Shown in pieces: positions 58,404 to 64,000 of a DNA stretch of 64,000 nt. The notes beneath the pieces are model-generated. The model worked only from the letters and a program-made list of their open reading frames with translations, did not search any database and had not been told where the DNA came from. The stretch is taken from assembly GCF_001194135.2 (NCBI RefSeq), contig NC_069003.1:17923607-17987606 (forward strand). Direction: 5' to 3'. The translations under genes and the position numbers were made by a program. This DNA is from Octopus bimaculoides. Lineage: Eukaryota. Numbering within the stretch: the stretch's first letter is position 1; the number at the start of each line of letters is the position of its first letter.

Positions 58404-60559
58404 CGTGCACATGCGCGCGTGCACACACATCACTCAAGATTTTTTTTTTTTTTTTTTTTTTTTTCTATTAATATTGTGAGTACCCCAAAAGTCACCTTGA
58501 CTCTACTATTGTTATTGGTGGTATTATTGTAATATTTCTTATATGTTTATGCTTGCATCCCCCAGAATCTAATAATTTGACTGGTGGGTAGTAATGTACA
58601 TCATACACCCAGAATATTTAGAAAAATCAAACAGGAATTAATCATATTCCGCCCTGATGAAGTGCCGACACACAGCTGTTCCTGAAAAATATTCAACTAT
58701 ATAATGATTATAAAGAATGATCTTGTATAATGGTACTTGAATATAAACTCGGTAACTTAAAGCCTGATATCTGCCATCCTCATGTTATATTATTCTTGTA
58801 TTAATCTTATGCAAAGAGAAGTTCCACATGTGTATTCAGCCCTGGAACATGCTCCACTGTGGGTTATCATGTGGTAGCCAAACAACAACATAAGAGCTCT
58901 TATACATACATTATGAAGCTTTCATTCAAATTATACTATATATATAATGATAATAATAAACCTAATTATATTTGCTGCATAATCCCTAATGCTATGCATA
59001 TGAGCATATGAAGACAAAATTGATTAGACAAATATATAAATTAATTGATAATCATTTCAACATGAATAATAAATATAGGCAAATAGTTAATACTAATAAT
59101 ATCAGGATTGGTCATTGCTTAACCAAAAATTTATTTTGAATAATTTCATCTTTAAATAACAGAAAACTTGACAATTTCTATAATAATAGAATTGGCAATA
59201 ACAATAACAATAATAATAATAATCATAATAATAATAATCATAATAATGATCTTTGTATTGTGCTTGATACCACTAATACTGATTCTGAGAAAAGCAAAAG
59301 CTGGGTATGTATTCATAAGCCACTTGTCAAGTCACTCTTGACCAGTCTTTAAACACATCGAATGACGAGAACTGCCAGAATCAGCAGATGATGTTGATGT
59401 CGACAATCCTTGGCCAGTTACATCTACAATGCAAACACAACCAAATTTTACATATTGGTAAATTACAAATACATTTTTTTTTACTTTATTACAAAATAAT
59501 AATTATTTGTTTGTAAGCTTAAAATAGGTTTTATTAACCGTGTCTTATTGAAAATGCATTCATAAATAAAATACAGCACTGGAGAATGGCTAATAGCAGT
59601 TTAGGCTAGAGGCCTAGCCTAGCCTATAGCCAAGCAATTCGGCTTCAGTAATTTTTCAACAAGTTACTGTCTCCTGGAACCAATTAATGACTTAGGGTGA
59701 GGTATAACTGTACATACTTTTCCATACTTGCATAGGTCAAATGGAATTTGTTCAGACAAATTTTTTCAGTCAGATGCCCTTACTCTCACCTGTTTGCAGG
59801 GAAGGTAATATTTTCTCTTGGCCAGGTAAGTTTTCATGGGAAGACTGGAAACAAACATCATTTGTATAATGGTGATGCTCATTTACAATCATCGTGTATT
59901 ATCATGTTAAAGATACACACACACACACAACAGTATTCTTCTAGTTTCTGTCTCTCAAGTCCACTTACAAAGCTTTGGTCTGCCCGAGGCTATAATAGAA
60001 GACACTTGCCCAAAGTTCCACACAGTGGGACTGAACCTGAGACCATAAAGCTTCCTGACCACATACCTATCTTATGCATATATGTGGGCGGAAGGGAGAA
60101 ACAGTGGTGCTGCTGTTGTATAGCCCCAGATCAGCTTTGATCAAACAGTTATATGAGACACATGTAGCCCAGCTGAACAACTAGGTGTGACCTGTATGCC
60201 TAGTGTTCCACTTATGCCATGCCCTCTTCATCTATCTACATACCATACTGTACACTCCACAAACAAGCAGTAGTTAATCACATGGAGCAGCAAAATGACA
60301 GTTTGGAAATGTAATATTCTGCCCACTGTCCAGTCTAATTCTGTATACACACACAGATTCTGGTGGTGGTCACAAGAGAAGCAAATAGTTACTGTCCCTT
60401 TCCAGGTACGGCTGTGTAGTGGTTAAGAATTTTGCTTCTGAACCATATGGTTTTGATTCAGTCCCACTTAGCAGTATCTTGGATGAGTTTCTCCACCAAT
60501 GCAGTGTCTTTATTCTTGGTCTCAAAGTTTACTTCTGCTATGGCAAACCAATTCAGTAT

Positions 60560-61340
60560 GGCTATCTGGCCATCCATAGTTTTTTGAAACATTTGTATAA
60601 GTGATTTACAATTAAAAATCAACCTCTTTTATCAGTAGCTGATTATGAGGTCTGTTCTTGTTGCCTTCCTATTTGACAGCTTCACTACAGCATTGGTGAA
60701 AGTATCAACATTGATCGTCATACAAGTTTTACTGCTTTGTTGGTGCAGTAACCTTAAGCTATTGCATCTAGTCATGTTGCATTTGAAATAAAATCTTGAC
60801 CTTTGTTCCAGTTCTTCAGCCAGAATGATTTTTAGATCTTCCTGGTGAAAGGTTCCTTTTCGCAACAATATTTTCTTCTTTATTTCCTGTGTACAGCTTG
60901 CAGATTAAAAACAAAATTGTGGTTTATACTTGTTGTCATAATTTTTTAGCAGTACCAGAGTTTTCCACACTGATTCTTGAATTCAGATTCCAAGATCATT
61001 AATTTCCCTCAAGATTTAGAATAGAATCTGTCCATTTTCATTAGTTTCCGCTAGAAGTGTTGTTGGTGTTATGAACTTAATGGCTATCTTTACACCTTAT
61101 AATGCCATTTAACTACCCTATTCTGCTGTGTAAATTTGTCATTTTCTCCCAGATTCTGTATCCACCTGGGTTGCTTGTGATGGGTTATTTCATTGCCATG
61201 TGCTTTGTAAATATCTCCCAGGTGTTTCTTCAGGGAAACAGCAGCAGTATACAGGTAGACATCTATATTCCAATATCAATTTTCACATTTTTTAATACAA
61301 TCTCTAGCAATAGCTTCAATAAGTTTTACCATGAATAGGG
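60560..61340 (-). mobile_element. Very decayed LINE AP-endonuclease region (RTE-like)
   Basis: Interrupted peptide ...LLAETNENGQ...LLRKGTFHQEDLKIILAE resembles the NxNG and xSDH regions of APE domains; many stops. Confidence 0.45.
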
Positions 61341-61806
61341 TTTGTTTTCTTCCCATTCTTATAAAAAAATGTCAGGTACTTAAAAATAACCTACAGAAGG
61401 AGGTGAAATTATTTTCAAACTGTGGTTGTAAAACGTTTTTTCAGGTGTGTATTGTCCACAGTTATGTTGGTCATATCAGTATGTGTGTGTGTGTGTGTGC
61501 ACACACATGTATGTGTGTGTATACACACACACGTATATATACATATGCTTGCATAAATACATGCGTGTGTGTGTGTGTGTGTGTGTATATATAAAATAGG
61601 CTTTGTAGTTTCTGTCTACCAAATCTACAAAGCATAAATCTGTATGTTCTTTTGCTGTATTTATTGTGCAGTGAATGTTACAGGGGCGTTGTAACTCCTA
61701 GCTTTTTCATCCTCATATACACCTTTGTGTATGAGTGATGTACAAGTATGAGCATGTGAGTGGGATGAGAGAAAGAGAGAGAGAGAGTGTGTGTGTGTAT
61801 GTGTGT

Positions 61807-61839
<33 letters not shown>

Positions 61840-62762
61840 GACGCGTGATTACATTGTTGAAATGTTCATGGTATTTCATGTTCTCCAGCGTTGCTAGGGA
61901 GAAGAAAGATTTGGTAAAGGTGCTACTTTAGAAGTCTGTTTGTTTTTGGAATCAGGTTTCTAGGTGATTGATGTGTCGCAGTTAGAGTAGTTGTACATTA
62001 TTTCTTCAGAATAAGACAGTGAACTGATAGAATTCTTAGAATGCTGGGCTCAGCAGCATTTCATCTGTCTTTATGTTCTGAGTTCAAATTCCGTCAAAGA
62101 TGACTTTGCTTTTCATCTTTCCAAGGTCAATAAAATATGTATCAGTTGAATACTGGGGTCAATGTAATCAATTTACCCCTTTCCCCTGAAACTGCTGGCC
62201 TTGTGCCAAAATTTGAAACCAATATTTCTGTAGAGGATCTCAAATATTTTGCGTATAACAGGATAGCAAGGAATGGAATCGCTAACTCTGTTTGAGAGTT
62301 ACAAAATTAAAGGTACATATAGCTGTGGAATACTCAGTCACATGCCTGTGATAAATAGATAAATAGGTAGTTCAAATGACTGAACAAGTGGAACACATGA
62401 TTATTGTGGAAGCATCCTGACCACTCCCACGTGACCGAAAGAGGACTCACAAATTTCAAGAAAGTAAAGAAACTGTGTGAATTGTTGGTAGTTGACAGCA
62501 TTGATCATTGCTATTGGTTACTGTGTTAGTTTAATATTGTAACTATATTTGGAGTAGTATGGAGTGCTTCTGTGTGAACATATTAATTCTGTGAAGGGTT
62601 ATTCTAGATAACCATATTCAAATATTTATTTGGGTAATACTATTCATACACCCTTGTGCACAACTCCCAACATAATTATTTAAAGCAACAGAGGAGGGAT
62701 TCATTCATGTGAAGCATGAAAAAAAATGTATGTGCTTGCTCCATTTCCTTAAACACAGTGTT

Positions 62763-62776
62763 GTTACCATGGCAAC
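62763..62776. promoter_or_regulatory. RFX X-box-like motif
   Basis: GTTACCATGGCAAC is one mismatch from the palindromic GTTGCCATGGCAAC. No evidence of function. Confidence 0.25.
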
Positions 62777-62825
62777 TTCATTACCACTCCTTCACAGGAT
62801 ATTTCCTCCACACATACACACACAC

Positions 62826-63510
62826 ATCAGGTCATTAAGAACGGAATGTCCGATTTTGAACTGAAAGTTTGTTTTACTTCATCTCAACAAAAAGCAATGC
62901 AGTTAATCAAGGTATTCACCTAAATTATCAACACAATTTTGCTATAGTGGATGACACCAGCACTGGACCCCCAAACAGACACCATTAGCTTTTTTTGGTG
63001 AATATTCTTTTTTGGATTGTGTTTTAACACTTCGTCTCTATCCAACCACTGTACAGAACACTTGCTTTGTTGAAAAGAATCCATTTTTCATCACACATAA
63101 CAATACGATGCAAAAATGGTTCACTTTTAATCCATGACAGCAAAGAACAGCAAGTTTGAAGACGATGTATTATTTGATGCTAGTTCAGTTCATGTGGTAC
63201 TCACTTATCCAGCTTCTTTACCTTGCCGATTTGTTTCAGATGGTCCAATTCAGTTGGAATCGAAACATCAAACTTTGCGCTGCTAACTTATGCATAGTTT
63301 GAGATGTATCCACTTCCACTATAGTTTCCAGCTCATCATTATCCACCTTGGTCTCAGGTCTGCCACAGGACTGATTTTCAAGAGTAAAGTCACCAGACCA
63401 GAACTTCTCAAACAATAGATGTACAGTGTGCTCATTCGCCACATCTTCACCAAACACCTCACTGATGTTTTGAGCTGTCTGGAATGCATTGGTTCCACGA
63501 TGCAACTTAT
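62826..63510 (-). mobile_element. Mariner transposase relic
   Basis: FQTAQNISEVFGEDVANEHTVHLLFEKFWSGDFTLENQSCGRPETKVDNDEL, KLDKWVPHELN and FLHRIVMCDEKWIL. Confidence 0.85.
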
Positions 63511-63722
63511 AATTTTTTATCTATCCATGGATTCACAAAAATTGATTTACAAGAGAAAACTCACAATATAATCAGACACCATGAATTGCAACTGCCTGAC
63601 ATCCACAAGGCTACCTGGATGCATCCAAGGTCCAAGCATTGGCACCTGTTTGGCTATGTGATCACCAGGTGCCATGACATCCAGGATGTTCGCATCACTA
63701 GGGCAATGAGGAGAGCTGACAG
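63510..63722 (+). mobile_element. RTE (BovB-like) LINE fragment, AP-endonuclease C-terminus
   Basis: [44 protein letters not shown], the classic [15 protein letters not shown] motif. Confidence 0.85.
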
Positions 63723-64000
63723 TATGTATGTATATATATATATATATATATATATACATACATATATATATACATACATATATACATACATATATACATA
63801 AATATATATATACATACATACATACATATATATACATATATATATACATACATACATACATATATATACATATATATATATATATACATGTATATATACA
63901 TATATATATATGCATACATATATACATACATACATATATACATATATATGCATACATATATACATATATACATATATATGCATACATATATACATATATA
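63723..64000. repeat. Compound (TA)n/(TACA)n microsatellite
   Basis: Seen directly. Similar tracts at 4912-4950, 22760-22800, 30180-30275, 35520-35620 and 36455-36540. Confidence 0.98.

Noticed and set aside
58649-58745. CTGATGA-AGTGCC ... GGTACT-TGAAT as a hammerhead
   Set aside because: The stem II loop would be about 70 nt, the register is off by one base, GAAA is absent, and there is no adjacent PLE ORF.
59601-59622. TAGGCTAG-AGGC-CTAGCCTA hairpin
   Set aside because: An 8-bp stem is expected by chance in 64 kb.
63547-63995. Tyr/Ile/Met/Cys-rich ORFs; similar ones at 30759-31504, 35520-36161 and 9872-10109
   Set aside because: Translations of (TA)n, (CA)n and (TACA)n microsatellites.

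Overview
AT-rich, microsatellite- and transposon-dense animal genomic DNA. The SINE/RTE repeat families look like those of Octopus (coleoid cephalopod); this is an inference from recognition, not a database search. There are three N-gaps (43093-43866, 54129-54234, 57213-57541). One host gene dominates: mitochondrial FAD-dependent glycerol-3-phosphate dehydrogenase (GPD2) on the minus strand. I traced 13 coding exons by hand, all with GT-AG boundaries and mutually consistent phases, from the start codon at 47030 down to the EF-hand exon ending at 4159. The exon carrying the FAD-binding GxGxxG motif is not visible and probably lies in the 43.1-43.9 kb gap. The last exon(s) appear to lie left of the window, and a non-coding first exon lies somewhere upstream of 47057. 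The rest is decayed mobile DNA: RTE, Tx1/L1, CR1/L2-like and HERO-like LINE fragments, a Penelope GIY-YIG fragment, Helitron Rep and helicase relics, mariner, DD37D-type, hAT and piggyBac-type DNA elements, a probable solo LTR and dozens of tRNA-derived SINEs. I found no intact novel protein-coding system. The most unusual structure is a Penelope 3' end followed directly by a tRNA-like Pol III head and a hammerhead-ribozyme-like core (39.6-40.2 kb). Also notable are several perfect or long fold-back palindromes inside GPD2 introns (potential dsRNA/ADAR substrates) and a head-to-tail piggyBac-type MITE array.
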